From an uncultured Bacilli bacterium (GTDB taxonomy: Bacteria; Bacillota_I; Bacilli_A; RF39; UBA660): DNA of 64,000 nt. Location of the stretch: positions 6,251-70,250 of the forward strand of contig CAKOXO010000005.1 in the NCBI GenBank assembly GCA_934130165.1, written 5' to 3'. The translations under genes were made by a program, and so were the position numbers. This document shows, piece after piece, positions 22,863-33,790 of the stretch (positions are counted from its first letter, which is position 1; each line of letters begins with the position of its first letter). The notes beneath the pieces are model-generated. The model worked only from the letters and a program-made list of their open reading frames with translations, made no database searches and was not told where the DNA came from.

Positions 22863-24626
22863 ATGAACAAATTCAAAGAAAAACTTGCTTTAGTGCCAAC
22901 TAAACCAGGTAGTTATCAAATGAAAAATAAAGATGGGATAATTATTTATGTCGGAAAAGCAAAGAATCTTCAAAGAAGACTTAGAAGTTATTTTACTAGA
23001 ACAGTAACAGGGAAAACAAAGTTATTAGTTGATGATATAGCTGATTTTGAATATATTGTAACATCTTCAGAGCTAGAATCTTTAATATTAGAAATAACTC
23101 TGATAAAAAAATACAATCCTAAATACAATATTTTACTAAAGGATGATAAATCATATCCATATATAGAGTTAACAAAAGAAAAATATCCTAAACTTAAAGT
23201 TGTACGTAATGTAAAAAGAAAAAAAGATAAAAACTTTTTATTTGGTCCATATCCCAATGTATATGCTGCAAGACGTACTGTAAATATGATAAATAGATTA
23301 TACCCACTAAGAAAATGCGACAAATTAAAAAAAGACTTATGCCTATATTATCACATTAATGAATGTCTAGGTTATTGTAAATATGATATAGATAAAGAAA
23401 CCATTGCAAATATGACTAAAGAAATTGTTAGTTTTTTAAGAGGCGACTATAAACATATTGAAGAAAAAATAACTAAAGAAATGAACCTAGCTAGTGAAAA
23501 ATTAAACTATGAAAAAGCTTTAGAATTAAAGGAAATGCTTGATGATGTTAAAATCACTCTAAATAAACAAAAAATAGATCTAAATAATAATTATAACTTT
23601 GATTTAATTAATTATTATAAAGATAAAAATTACTTATCAATACAAATTTTCTTTGTTAGAAATGGCCTATTGGTTGGAAGACATGAAGATATAGTACAAA
23701 CACTAGATAATGTAGAAGAAGACATAATTGAATATATTATTAAATTTTATGATAAAAACAATATATTACCAAATAAGATTTTAATATGTGATGATGTTTA
23801 TAAAGATTTACTTGAAAAATATTTAAATATTGAAGTATTTGTTCCTAAAAAAGGAAAATTAAAATCACTTATTGATTTAGCGTTGGAGAATGCTAAACAA
23901 AAATTAGAGTCAGAAGAGGAGACTTTATCAAAGAATGATGAAGCAAGAAAAAAAGCAATAGATGAGTTAAAAGAATTATTACATCTTGAGAAAGTATCTC
24001 GTATGGAATCATTTGATAATTCCCATTTGTTTGGTACATTTTATGTTGGTGGAATGGTTGTGTTTGATGATTTCTTACCACTTAAAGATGAGTATAGAAA
24101 GTATAAAATTTCTACAGATGTACGTGATGATACCAAAGCAATGAAAGAGGTTTTATATAGAAGATATTACAAAGTATTAATGGAAAACTTAGAAAAGCCT
24201 GATTTAATAGTGCTTGATGGCGGACATGCTCAAATTAAAATATGTAAAGAAATTATAACTGGATTAGGATTAAATATTCCAATAATTGGTTTAGTAAAAG
24301 ATAAAAAACATAGAACTAGTCAAATTATGAATCAAGACTATGAAATTTTACCAGTTTCCAAAGAAAGTAATTTATTCTTATTCTTTACCAGAATTCAAGA
24401 TGAGGTTCATAGATATGCGATAAGCTATCATAGAAATATTAAAAGTAAAGGTGCATTAAGTAGTCTATTAGATTTAGTTCCAGGTATAGGTGAGGTTAAA
24501 AGAAAAGAACTGCTTAGAAAATTCGGGTCATTAAAGAAAATAAAAGAAGCCTCTCTTGAGGAATTAGAACAAGTATTAAATAAAGATGTAGCACAAAATT
24601 TATTTTCATATTTAAAGGATATGTAG
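22863..24626 (+). CDS. uvrC: excinuclease ABC subunit C
   Basis: GIY-YIG domain (GIIIYVGKAKNLQRRLRSYF), UvrBC-interaction and Endo V domains, C-terminal HhH. Confidence 0.95.
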   Translation: MNKFKEKLALVPTKPGSYQMKNKDGIIIYVGKAKNLQRRLRSYFTRTVTGKTKLLVDDIADFEYIVTSSELESLILEITLIKKYNPKYNILLKDDKSYPYIELTKEKYPKLKVVRNVKRKKDKNFLFGPYPNVYAARRTVNMINRLYPLRKCDKLKKDLCLYYHINECLGYCKYDIDKETIANMTKEIVSFLRGDYKHIEEKITKEMNLASEKLNYEKALELKEMLDDVKITLNKQKIDLNNNYNFDLINYYKDKNYLSIQIFFVRNGLLVGRHEDIVQTLDNVEEDIIEYIIKFYDKNNILPNKILICDDVYKDLLEKYLNIEVFVPKKGKLKSLIDLALENAKQKLESEEETLSKNDEARKKAIDELKELLHLEKVSRMESFDNSHLFGTFYVGGMVVFDDFLPLKDEYRKYKISTDVRDDTKAMKEVLYRRYYKVLMENLEKPDLIVLDGGHAQIKICKEIITGLGLNIPIIGLVKDKKHRTSQIMNQDYEILPVSKESNLFLFFTRIQDEVHRYAISYHRNIKSKGALSSLLDLVPGIGEVKRKELLRKFGSLKKIKEASLEELEQVLNKDVAQNLFSYLKDM

Positions 24627-24660
24627 TATAATAAAAGAAATAATTAAGGTGAGTGATATA

Positions 24661-25098
24661 ATGAATAATAAAGGCTTTTCTTTAATAGAAATGTTAGCAA
24701 CAGTAGTAATTTTAGGAGTATTAGGAACTATCGCAGTTGTAGGTACAACAAAGTATATAAATAAATCTAGAAAAAAAGCTTATATAGTAATGTCTCAAAG
24801 TATATATGAGGCTGCCATGAACTGTCAAACAAAAGGGGACTGCACAACAGGTTTTTACGGTGCTAATAATAATAATTTTAAGGATTTAGTAGATCTTGGT
24901 TACCTTGATGAACTTAAAAACCCTATTTCAGGAAAAAAACATTGTGAAGGAATTGTCCGTATCAGTTCTACCCCCAATTCTACTAGTGAATACAAAAAGT
25001 ACTCATATGAAGTAAACTTAAGATGTCCTGGATTGAAAAAATGTGTTATTACTTGGCCAGACTACAAAAGTGATGAAAATAAAATAAAATGTTCTTAA
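24661..25098 (+). CDS. type IV prepilin-like protein (ComGC/pseudopilin-like)
   Basis: Classic class III signal: leader MNNKG | FSLIEMLATVVILGVLGTIAV with Phe+1 and Glu+5. 146 aa with C-terminal Cys pairs. No other pilus or competence genes lie nearby. Confidence 0.75.
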   Translation: MNNKGFSLIEMLATVVILGVLGTIAVVGTTKYINKSRKKAYIVMSQSIYEAAMNCQTKGDCTTGFYGANNNNFKDLVDLGYLDELKNPISGKKHCEGIVRISSTPNSTSEYKKYSYEVNLRCPGLKKCVITWPDYKSDENKIKCS

Positions 25099-25113
25099 TA
25101 GGTGGTATAAATA

Positions 25114-26886
25114 ATGTCAAATATTAAAATAATGGATGATGTTTTAGCTAATAAAATTGCCGCAGGAGAAGTTGTAGAAAAAACAATGAATGTTGTAAAG
25201 GAATTAGTTGAAAATAGTATTGATGCAGAAAGTTCTATAATAAGTATAGAGCTTATTGATTCTGGTGTTAAAGAAATAAAAGTAACAGATAATGGTAAAG
25301 GTATGGATAAAAATGATGCTAAACTTGCTTTTTCACGCCATGCAACATCAAAACTTACCGATGTAGAGGATTTATTTAATATTGAATCATTGGGATTTAG
25401 AGGTGAAGCATTACCTTCTATTGCTGCTGTTTCTAATGTTTCATTAAAAACTTCTGATGGTAAAAATGGTACACTCGTTACAATATCAGGAGGAAAAGAT
25501 TTAAAAGTAGAAAGTGCAGATTTACAAGATGGAACAACAATAACAGTTAGAGATTTATTTTATAATACTCCAGTTCGTTTAAAATACTTAAAAAACCTAT
25601 ATGTAGAACTTGCTAATATCACAGAATATGTAAATAAAATGGCCTTAGCATATCCAGATATAAAATTCACCTTAATAAATAACGATAAAAAATTACTATC
25701 TACTACTGGTGATGGTGATTTATTGAAAGTAATATATAATATTTATGGAATAGAAGTTGCAAAAAAAATGATTCCAATAGAATCAGAAAACGATGATTAC
25801 CATATAAGCGGTTTTATATCTTATCCGGAACTTAATAAGAGTAACAGAAATTATATGACAACCCTAATTAATGGTAGAGTTATAAAAAATAACGATTTAA
25901 ACAGAGCTATTATTGATTGTTACCATACTTATATGCATAAAGATAGATACCCAATAATTGTTTTAAATATAGATGTTGATCCAATTCTTGTTGATATAAA
26001 CATTCATCCAACGAAAATGGATGTAAAATTTTCTAAATTTGATATATTAAAAGACTTAATTACAAAAACCATTACTAAAAGACTTGAACAAATAAATCTA
26101 ATCCCAGATGCTATGGTTAGAAATATTAATAACTTTAGTGAAGTTAGACATCAAATAATAGATAAAAAAGAGGAAAATATTGTAGATGATGGGCAGCAAT
26201 ATGAAGAAATGACCCTAGACTTTGAAATAGCTGAAAATAATACTTCATATCTAGATAAAAAAGAAGAAAATGTAGAAGAAAAGACTACTGATGAAGCTAA
26301 TTATAAAATTAAGAAAATGATTTCTAGAGGTGTAGTTTTTCTTACCTATATTGTTGCAGAAAATGAAGATGGTATGTATTTAATAGATCAACATGCAGCA
26401 GCAGAAAGAATTAATTATGAAAAAATAATGAAGAAATTAAAAGAAAAACCAATGATTATAGACTTACTAGTTCCCCTAAAAATAGAATTAAGTAAAGATG
26501 AGTTTTTAATTGCAAAAGATAGAATCAATATTTTAACAGACTATGGCTTTGATATAGATGATTTCGGTTTTAATTCATTTATAGTTAGAAAATATCCTAA
26601 TTGGATTGATTCCAAAAAAGCACTGGATTGTATTAAAAAAATATTTGATATTATTTGTGATAAAAAAGAATTTAATTTTGATAAATTTATTTGGAGAATG
26701 GCTGCTACTACTGCCTGTCGTATGTCAGTAATGGCAAATGAGTATATATCACTAGATGAGCAACAATGGATCCTTGATAATATAAGAAAGTGTGAAAACC
26801 CATTTACTTGTCCACATGGTAGACCAACTATTATTACATATACTAAATATGATTTAGAAAAATTATTTAAACGTTCACTTGACTAA
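25114..26886 (+). CDS. mutL: DNA mismatch repair protein MutL
   Basis: GHKL ATPase motifs (ELVENSIDA, DNGKGM, GFRGEAL) and a C-terminal dimerisation domain. Confidence 0.93.
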   Translation: MSNIKIMDDVLANKIAAGEVVEKTMNVVKELVENSIDAESSIISIELIDSGVKEIKVTDNGKGMDKNDAKLAFSRHATSKLTDVEDLFNIESLGFRGEALPSIAAVSNVSLKTSDGKNGTLVTISGGKDLKVESADLQDGTTITVRDLFYNTPVRLKYLKNLYVELANITEYVNKMALAYPDIKFTLINNDKKLLSTTGDGDLLKVIYNIYGIEVAKKMIPIESENDDYHISGFISYPELNKSNRNYMTTLINGRVIKNNDLNRAIIDCYHTYMHKDRYPIIVLNIDVDPILVDINIHPTKMDVKFSKFDILKDLITKTITKRLEQINLIPDAMVRNINNFSEVRHQIIDKKEENIVDDGQQYEEMTLDFEIAENNTSYLDKKEENVEEKTTDEANYKIKKMISRGVVFLTYIVAENEDGMYLIDQHAAAERINYEKIMKKLKEKPMIIDLLVPLKIELSKDEFLIAKDRINILTDYGFDIDDFGFNSFIVRKYPNWIDSKKALDCIKKIFDIICDKKEFNFDKFIWRMAATTACRMSVMANEYISLDEQQWILDNIRKCENPFTCPHGRPTIITYTKYDLEKLFKRSLD

Positions 26887-26942
26887 AAATTTAAGCTATG
26901 CTATAGTAACCACTGCTTTATAAAAATGGGGTGGACTATACT

Positions 26943-27653
26943 ATGAATTTTAATGATTATATATATCCTTTCACAACAGAAATGATTTCAGGATACTTTG
27001 ATAAATTAGATTTAAAGGAAAAAACAGTCTTAACAGTAGGTTCTTCAATAGATCAGGGACTCAATGCTTTACTATTGGGCGCTAAAAATGTCACAGTTTT
27101 TGATATTAATCCAAATATAGAAGCTTTTTTCAAACAAAAAAGAAAATTAATTTTATCAAAAACTAGAAATGAACTTTATGATGCTGTTTTAGAAAGCAAT
27201 TTTTCGTATACCAAGAAAGATATCTTTAGTAAAAAAGCAGTTATGCTTATGAATACTTATTTAAATAACAATCAACAATATGAGAATTTAAGAGAAAAAT
27301 TAGAAAATTGTGATATTTCATTTATAATTGGTGATATTTTTGAAATGGAAGAAAGTGGCATAGAAGAGAAATTTGATAGAATTATATTATCAAATGCACT
27401 ACAATATTTACCAATATACGCTGATAATTCCTTTATCCTAAGAAATTTTGATACTTGGAATGATCATTTAGAAGATGAAGGAATTCTCCAACTATTGTAT
27501 TTATATTCATATCAACCAAACTTTGTAGATAAAAAGAATCTAAAAATACTTAATGCACTGCATTCTAAGCCTCTTGAAATAGAAAAATTTTATGATTCTT
27601 ATTTTAATGTTTCTGATGCAATAGTTACTTATAAGAAAACAAAAAGGAGATAA
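26943..27653 (+). CDS. hypothetical protein, methyltransferase-like fold with degenerate motif I
   Basis: ATG at 26943 (the track start is GTG). The pattern VLTVGSSIDQG ... VTVFDINP ... FDRIILSNALQYL resembles class I SAM-MTase motifs I, post-I and III but lacks the GxGxG loop. Confidence 0.35.
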   Translation: MNFNDYIYPFTTEMISGYFDKLDLKEKTVLTVGSSIDQGLNALLLGAKNVTVFDINPNIEAFFKQKRKLILSKTRNELYDAVLESNFSYTKKDIFSKKAVMLMNTYLNNNQQYENLREKLENCDISFIIGDIFEMEESGIEEKFDRIILSNALQYLPIYADNSFILRNFDTWNDHLEDEGILQLLYLYSYQPNFVDKKNLKILNALHSKPLEIEKFYDSYFNVSDAIVTYKKTKRR

Positions 27654-27659
27654 TTTGAT

Positions 27660-28529
27660 ATGAGGGATATTATCGTAATAGTTGGTCCAACCGGAGTTGG
27701 AAAAACAAAATTAAGTATAGAACTTGCAAAAAGACTAAACGGCGAAATTATAAATGGTGACTCTGTTAGCATTTATAAAAAACTAAATATTGCAAGTGCT
27801 AAACCAACAATAGAAGAAAGAGAAGGAATTAAGCATCATTTAGTTGATATTAAAGATATAAATGAAAAATATAGTGTATATGATTATCAAAATGATGCTA
27901 GAGAGAAAATTAATGAAATAAATAGTAAAAATAAAAGGGTAATTATTGTTGGAGGTACAGGTTTATATATAAAAGCTGCCTTATATAATTACAAATTTAC
28001 TAAAGGAACTACCTATAATACCTATGATAACTTATCCAATGAGCAACTATATTCAAAAATAAAAACACTAGATGATAATATAGAGATACATAAAAACAAT
28101 CGTAAAAGGTTAGTAAGGATTTTGAACAAATTAGAAAATAATGAAGAAATCTCTAACGATAAGGATGAACTACTTTATCCAGTAAAAATAATAGGCTTAA
28201 CAACAGATAGAAGCATTCTATATGAAAGAATTAATCAAAGAGTAGATAATATGATAAAAAATGGACTATTAGGTGAAATAGATTCATTAAAAGACTCGTA
28301 TAAAACCTCTAGGATATTAAATAGTGCAATCGGATATAAAGAATTTTACGATTATCTAGAAAATAATAAATCCTTAGAAGATGTAGTAAAAGAAATCAAA
28401 AAAAATTCTAGACATTATGCAAAAAGACAATATACCTTCTTTAATAACCAAATGAAAGTGGCTTGGTTTGATGTTGATTTTAATAATTTTGAAAGAACAA
28501 TAGATAAAGTTATTGATTATTTAAACTAA
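27660..28529 (+). CDS. miaA: tRNA dimethylallyltransferase MiaA
   Basis: P-loop IVGPTGVGKT, then GEIINGDSVSIYKKLNIASAKPT...HHLVDI, typical of MiaA. Confidence 0.9.
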   Translation: MRDIIVIVGPTGVGKTKLSIELAKRLNGEIINGDSVSIYKKLNIASAKPTIEEREGIKHHLVDIKDINEKYSVYDYQNDAREKINEINSKNKRVIIVGGTGLYIKAALYNYKFTKGTTYNTYDNLSNEQLYSKIKTLDDNIEIHKNNRKRLVRILNKLENNEEISNDKDELLYPVKIIGLTTDRSILYERINQRVDNMIKNGLLGEIDSLKDSYKTSRILNSAIGYKEFYDYLENNKSLEDVVKEIKKNSRHYAKRQYTFFNNQMKVAWFDVDFNNFERTIDKVIDYLN

Positions 28530-28562
28530 ATAGATTATAATAATTAACTAATGGAGGGTACT

Positions 28563-29096
28563 ATGAAGTTAAAAAGTATTATAAAAGATAAATACCAAAA
28601 TGGTAATTTAAAAGGACAGTTACAAACAGCTGCAGTGGTAACAGGAGTAGGTCTTTCTCTAGGTATAGGAATACGCTATGGAAAAGGTGACAATATAGCA
28701 AAAAACAACAATGTTGCAATAGAACAAGAGTCAAAAGATACAAACTATTCATACAATGAGTTAAAAGACTGTGTGCTATTAAGTGTTAAAAATAATAGTA
28801 ATGGTGAAAGTACCTTATATATAGCAAATAAAACTAAACCAGTACACAAATTTGATATTATATACACCGATTTATTTAGTAAAAAAGAACTAATAACGAT
28901 AAATTCCGTACATGAGCTTGATGGAATCACAAACAAAAATCAAAATTTATCATGTGCTGAAAAAGGAAACTTAACAGATTACTTAGTAACATCAGATAAT
29001 ATTAAAAATACATATACTAAAAGTGAGTTGGAAAGACTCTTAAATAGTGAAAAAGAGAAGGAAAAAGAAAAAAGTAATAAGCAATTGGTTAAATAA
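28563..29096 (+). CDS. hypothetical membrane-anchored protein
   Basis: ATG at 28563 after RBS GGAGGG. One N-terminal hydrophobic segment. No known family. Confidence 0.4.
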   Translation: MKLKSIIKDKYQNGNLKGQLQTAAVVTGVGLSLGIGIRYGKGDNIAKNNNVAIEQESKDTNYSYNELKDCVLLSVKNNSNGESTLYIANKTKPVHKFDIIYTDLFSKKELITINSVHELDGITNKNQNLSCAEKGNLTDYLVTSDNIKNTYTKSELERLLNSEKEKEKEKSNKQLVK

Positions 29097-29167
29097 TTGC
29101 TTTTTCTTTGGCAAAATATGGACTTATTATTTCAGTTTTGTTAAAATAAATAATAGTGGTGAAAATT

Positions 29168-31717
29168 ATGAAAAGAAGTACAGTTGATAGAAAAAAACTT
29201 AGCCCAATGATGGCACAATATATGGAATTAAAAGATAAATATGAAGATTGTATTGTTTTTTATCGTTTAGGGGATTTTTATGAAATGTTTTTTGAAGATG
29301 CAATTATTGCATCTCGTGAATTAGAACTTACCCTAACTGGTAAGAGCGCTGGCCTAGAAGAACGTGTTCCTATGTGTGGAATTCCACATCATGCTTATTC
29401 TTCATATATTGATCAGTTAATAGAAAAAGGGTACAAAGTAGCAATTGCAGAACAGTTAGAAGATCCAAAAACAACTAAAGGTACTGTAAAACGTGATGTA
29501 ATTCAAGTTATTACAAGAGGAACTAGACTTGATAATAATCTAGATAGTAAAAATAACAATTATATAGCTAATATTTATGATTTTGATTATTGCAAAGGTA
29601 TTGCTTACACAGATATTTCGACAGGTGAATTTTTTTGTGAGTTATTAGAAAAAGATAATGAAGAAGTAGAAAGAGAAATAATTAAAAGAGGATTTAGAGA
29701 ATTAATAGTTAGTGAAAATACAGATAGAGAACTTATTAATACACTAAGAGTTAATTATGGAATACTAATTTCTATTACCAAAGAATTATATGATGGTGAT
29801 GATTACAAATATATTTATGAAGATATTGATGATATTAGATTAGAAACTACTATAAAACATTTATTACACTATGTCCTAGATACTAAAAAAGGGGATTTAC
29901 ATCATCTAAAAAAATGTGAATTAATCACTAGATATCAAACTCTATTATTTGATAACAACACTAAGAAAAATTTGGAACTTGTAGAAACTATAAGATCAAG
30001 AGATAGACAATATAGTTTGCTATGGTTACTAGATAAATGTAAGACAGCAATGGGATCTAGATTTTTGAAACATCAAATTGAAAATCCGGTAACAGATAAA
30101 AAAGAATTGGAAAGAAGATATGATTTTGTAGAAAAAATATCTACTGAATTTATAATTAGAGATGATTTAAGAACTTCTTTAGATGCAGTATATGATTTAG
30201 AACGTTTGGTTGGCAGAATAAGCTATGGAAACTTAAATGCTAGAGATATGTTACAACTAAAAAGAAGCTTAAAAGAACTACCTAAGATAAAAGAGTTATT
30301 AAATAAGTTAGATTATGATAAAGAAATAGAACCACTTGAAGAAGTTGAGCAATTATTAGAAAAAACTATAAAAGAAGATCCACCCTTATCTTTAAAAGAG
30401 GGATCTATCATAAAGGATGGATATAATAGTGAACTTGATGAATTAAGAAGTGTAAGTAGTGGCTCAAAAGATTTTATTTTAAGTATAGAACAAAAAGAAA
30501 AAGAACGTACAGGAATAAAAAGCTTAAAAGTTGGCTTTAATAAAATATTTGGTTATTATATAGAGGTTAGTAAAGGTCAAAAAGCATTAGTAAAAGAAGA
30601 ATATGGTTATGAAAGAAGACAGACTCTTGCTAACTGTGAAAGATATATTACCAAAGAATTAAAAGAAAAAGAAAATATTATTTTAGGTGCAGAAGAAAAA
30701 ATAATTAATCTTGAATATAAACTTTTTATGGATATAAGGGAAATAGTTAAAAGATATATATCTAAAATTCAAGAAATATCTAAAATAATTAGTGAAGTAG
30801 ATATGCTATTATCATTTTCTATAGTAAGTGATGAAAATAAATTTATAAGACCTAAATTAGTAGAAACTAAAGAATTAAGACTAATTGAATGTCGCCATCC
30901 GGTTGTAGAAAAAGTTATAAAAGACAAATATGTATCAAATGATATTGTTATGGATAATAATACAAACATTTTACTTATAACTGGTCCTAATATGGCTGGT
31001 AAATCTACTTATATGAGACAATGTGCTATCACTATTATCATGGCCCAAATAGGATGTTTTGTTCCATGTAAAAGCGCCATTATGCCAATTTTTGATAAAA
31101 TCTTTACAAGAATTGGTGCTAGTGATGATTTAGTTAGTGGAGAATCAACTTTTATGATAGAAATGAAAGAAGCTAATTACGCCATCAGTGAAGCTACTGA
31201 AAATAGTTTAATTCTATTTGATGAGTTAGGAAGAGGAACTGCTACTTATGATGGTATGAGTCTAGCTCAAGCAATTCTAGAATATATTCATGATAAGATA
31301 GGCGCAAAAACCATGTTTTCTACTCATTATCATGAACTAACGGCACTAGAAAAAGATTTAAAGCACTTAAAAAATGTACATGTTTCAGCATCTGAAGAGG
31401 GCGGTAAACTAACATTCCTACATAAAGTTAAAGCTGGTGCAGTAGATAAGAGTTATGGTATAAATGTTGCATCCCTTGCCAAGCTTCCTCACGAGTTGAT
31501 TAAAAGAAGTGAAGAAATCCTAAATATATATGAAAATAGTAATAAGAAAAAGGAAGTATTTACTCAAACATCACTATTTGAATTAACAGAAGAAGAAGTT
31601 ACTGAAAATGAAAAAGTTAATGAAATAGAAGAAGAAATAAAAAGAATTAATCCTTTAGAAATGACACCAATGGATTCATTAAACTTCTTGTATGAGTTAA
31701 AGAAGAAGGTAAAATAA
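29168..31717 (+). CDS. mutS: DNA mismatch repair protein MutS
   Basis: N-terminal mismatch-binding motif (TPMMAQY...GDFYEMF), Walker A GPNMAGKSTYMRQ and the STF/HTH motifs. ATG at 29168 (the track start is GTG). Confidence 0.95.
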   Translation: MKRSTVDRKKLSPMMAQYMELKDKYEDCIVFYRLGDFYEMFFEDAIIASRELELTLTGKSAGLEERVPMCGIPHHAYSSYIDQLIEKGYKVAIAEQLEDPKTTKGTVKRDVIQVITRGTRLDNNLDSKNNNYIANIYDFDYCKGIAYTDISTGEFFCELLEKDNEEVEREIIKRGFRELIVSENTDRELINTLRVNYGILISITKELYDGDDYKYIYEDIDDIRLETTIKHLLHYVLDTKKGDLHHLKKCELITRYQTLLFDNNTKKNLELVETIRSRDRQYSLLWLLDKCKTAMGSRFLKHQIENPVTDKKELERRYDFVEKISTEFIIRDDLRTSLDAVYDLERLVGRISYGNLNARDMLQLKRSLKELPKIKELLNKLDYDKEIEPLEEVEQLLEKTIKEDPPLSLKEGSIIKDGYNSELDELRSVSSGSKDFILSIEQKEKERTGIKSLKVGFNKIFGYYIEVSKGQKALVKEEYGYERRQTLANCERYITKELKEKENIILGAEEKIINLEYKLFMDIREIVKRYISKIQEISKIISEVDMLLSFSIVSDENKFIRPKLVETKELRLIECRHPVVEKVIKDKYVSNDIVMDNNTNILLITGPNMAGKSTYMRQCAITIIMAQIGCFVPCKSAIMPIFDKIFTRIGASDDLVSGESTFMIEMKEANYAISEATENSLILFDELGRGTATYDGMSLAQAILEYIHDKIGAKTMFSTHYHELTALEKDLKHLKNVHVSASEEGGKLTFLHKVKAGAVDKSYGINVASLAKLPHELIKRSEEILNIYENSNKKKEVFTQTSLFELTEEEVTENEKVNEIEEEIKRINPLEMTPMDSLNFLYELKKKVK

Positions 31718-31755
31718 AACTACTAATCTAGGTAAAACTTATTAGTAGTTTTTTG
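31718..31755 (+). terminator. Rho-independent terminator after mutS
   Basis: 9-bp perfect stem actactaat / attagtagt followed by tttttt. Confidence 0.8.
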
Positions 31756-31767
31756 ATACTGTTTTTG

Positions 31768-31796
31768 CTGACATTTCAAATTTAGTGTGATAAAAT
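31768..31796 (+). promoter_or_regulatory. promoter of nusB-xseAB operon (extended -10)
   Basis: CTGACA, 17 nt spacer, TGaTAAAAT. Confidence 0.45.
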
Positions 31797-31815
31797 AGGA
31801 AAGAGGTGAAATCTT

Positions 31816-32223
31816 ATGAAAAACAGAAGTGAATTACGAGAACTTGCTATGAAAGTAATATATCAAATCAAGTTATTAAAAAAATCAAAACTAGATTATG
31901 ATATTGACGAATTAATAAAAGAACAACTAGAAATTAAAAATGACTTTATTTATGAATTAGTAAATGGATATTTAAATAATGAAGAAAATATTAATAAATT
32001 AGCTAACAAATATATGAAAGATTGGACTATAGAAAGACTAAATATGGTTGATCAAGCAATATTATCTATAGGTATTTACGAATTAGTATATACAAAAACA
32101 CCATCGATAGTATCAATAAATGAAGCAATTGAATTATCTAAAAAATACAGTGATTCAGACGTTACAAAGATGATAAATGGAGTTTTAGACAATATTTATC
32201 ATAGTGAGGCTACAAATGAATGA
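31816..32223 (+). CDS. nusB: transcription antitermination factor NusB
   Basis: RELAMKVIYQ start and the NusB helical fold, 135 aa. RBS AGAGGTGA. Confidence 0.85.
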   Translation: MKNRSELRELAMKVIYQIKLLKKSKLDYDIDELIKEQLEIKNDFIYELVNGYLNNEENINKLANKYMKDWTIERLNMVDQAILSIGIYELVYTKTPSIVSINEAIELSKKYSDSDVTKMINGVLDNIYHSEATNE

Positions 32224-33472
32224 TAAATATATTACAGTTACCCAATTAACTAGATATATTAAATATAAGATTGATAATGATGTAAATTTACAAGAGGTAT
32301 TTTTAAAAGGGGAAATTTCTAATTTTAAAGCTCATACTAGAGGACATTACTATTTTACGATAAAAGATGAAAACAGTAGAATAAATGCAATAATGTTTGC
32401 TAGTCAAACTAAAAAAATAAAATTCATTCCAAGTGATGGAATGAAAGTACTAATTACTGGAAAAATTAGTGTCTATGAAGCTAATGGTGGATATCAAATA
32501 TATGTTTCCGATATGTTAGAAGATGGTGTAGGTAACTTGTATGTTGCTTATGAACAATTAAAACAAAAACTTGAAAAAGAAGGATTGTTTGATCCTAATA
32601 AGAAAAAGAAAATTCCAAAAATCCCAAAAAGAATAGGGGTAGTAACTGCTCCAACTGGTGCAGCAATAAGAGATATATTATCAACGATTAAAAGGAGATT
32701 TCCTATCACAGAAGTAATAGTTTTTCCTGCTTTAGTTCAAGGTGCTGAAGCTGCTCCATCTATCATTAATCAAATCCAAAATGCCCAAAATTATGAACTT
32801 GACACTTTAATAATTGGTAGAGGTGGAGGAAGTATTGAAGACATGTGGTGTTTTAATGATGAAGAGGTAGCATATGCAATATATAAATGTCCAATCCCTA
32901 TCATTAGTGCTGTAGGACATGAAATTGACTTTACTATAGCTGACTTTGTTGCGGATCTACGTGCACCAACACCAACAGGAGCGGCAGAATTAGCAGTTCC
33001 AAATAAAATTGATGTCATTAATTATATAGAACAATTAACTATTAGAAGTAAGAAAGTTATGAAAAATAAAATTGACTTTTTAAATCAGAGATTAACAGAA
33101 ATAAAAAATAAATACATATTAAAGAATCCACTCTCTATATATGAAATAAAAGAGCAGCAGTTTGATACCTTAATAGAAAAACTAAAGTATAATATTGTTA
33201 ATTTATATAATATTAAAGAAAAAAGATATTTAAATATCACAAGTAGTTATATATTTAAAGAACCAAATAAATTAATCGATACTAAGAAAAATAAATACAT
33301 AAATATACTATCTAAATTAGAAACCTTGAGCCCCCTATCTACAATTAAAAGGGGATATTCAGTAGTAAGAAAAGATGAAAAAGTAATTACTAGTATAAAA
33401 GACTTAAAAAAACTAGATAAAATATCACTAGAATTAAGTGATGGTACAGTACAAGCAGAAATAATGGAATAA
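32216..33472 (+). CDS. xseA: exodeoxyribonuclease VII large subunit
   Basis: OB-fold N-terminus (ITVTQLTRYIKYKI...VFLKGEISNFKAHTRGHYYF) and the XseA catalytic region. ATG at 32216 overlaps the nusB stop. Confidence 0.9.
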   Translation: MNDKYITVTQLTRYIKYKIDNDVNLQEVFLKGEISNFKAHTRGHYYFTIKDENSRINAIMFASQTKKIKFIPSDGMKVLITGKISVYEANGGYQIYVSDMLEDGVGNLYVAYEQLKQKLEKEGLFDPNKKKKIPKIPKRIGVVTAPTGAAIRDILSTIKRRFPITEVIVFPALVQGAEAAPSIINQIQNAQNYELDTLIIGRGGGSIEDMWCFNDEEVAYAIYKCPIPIISAVGHEIDFTIADFVADLRAPTPTGAAELAVPNKIDVINYIEQLTIRSKKVMKNKIDFLNQRLTEIKNKYILKNPLSIYEIKEQQFDTLIEKLKYNIVNLYNIKEKRYLNITSSYIFKEPNKLIDTKKNKYINILSKLETLSPLSTIKRGYSVVRKDEKVITSIKDLKKLDKISLELSDGTVQAEIME

Positions 33473-33482
33473 GGAGAAAGAA

Positions 33483-33710
33483 ATGGCAGAGAAAAAAGAA
33501 AAAAGTTTTGAAGAAAATTTAGAAAACTTAGAAGAAATAGTAAAAAAATTAGAAAATGGAGATATTCCACTTGATGATGCAATCAAGGAATTCAATAAGG
33601 CTATGGAACTTGCTAAAGTATGTGATAAAAAATTAAAAGAAGCAGAAAAATCATTAACAAAAATTGTAAGTGAAGATAATACTTTAGAAGATTTCGATAC
33701 AAAAGAATAA
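33483..33710 (+). CDS. xseB: exodeoxyribonuclease VII small subunit
   Basis: SFEENLENLEEIVKKLENGDIPLDDAIKEFNKAMEL, the canonical XseB helix pair. Confidence 0.9.
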   Translation: MAEKKEKSFEENLENLEEIVKKLENGDIPLDDAIKEFNKAMELAKVCDKKLKEAEKSLTKIVSEDNTLEDFDTKE

Positions 33711-33737
33711 AAACTACTGAAAAATGTAGTTTTTTCT
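33711..33737 (+). terminator. Rho-independent terminator after xseB
   Basis: Stem aaactac / gtagttt with loop tgaaaaat, followed by ttttt. Confidence 0.75.
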
Positions 33738-33790
33738 TGTGTTTTTTTAAATTTTTTAGTATAATAGGCACTTATTAGAGGGGGTTATAT

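Noticed and set aside
29097-29160. A terminator between the 28563 gene and mutS.
   Set aside because: Only a 4-bp inverted repeat (ttgc...gcaa) is present. That is too weak.
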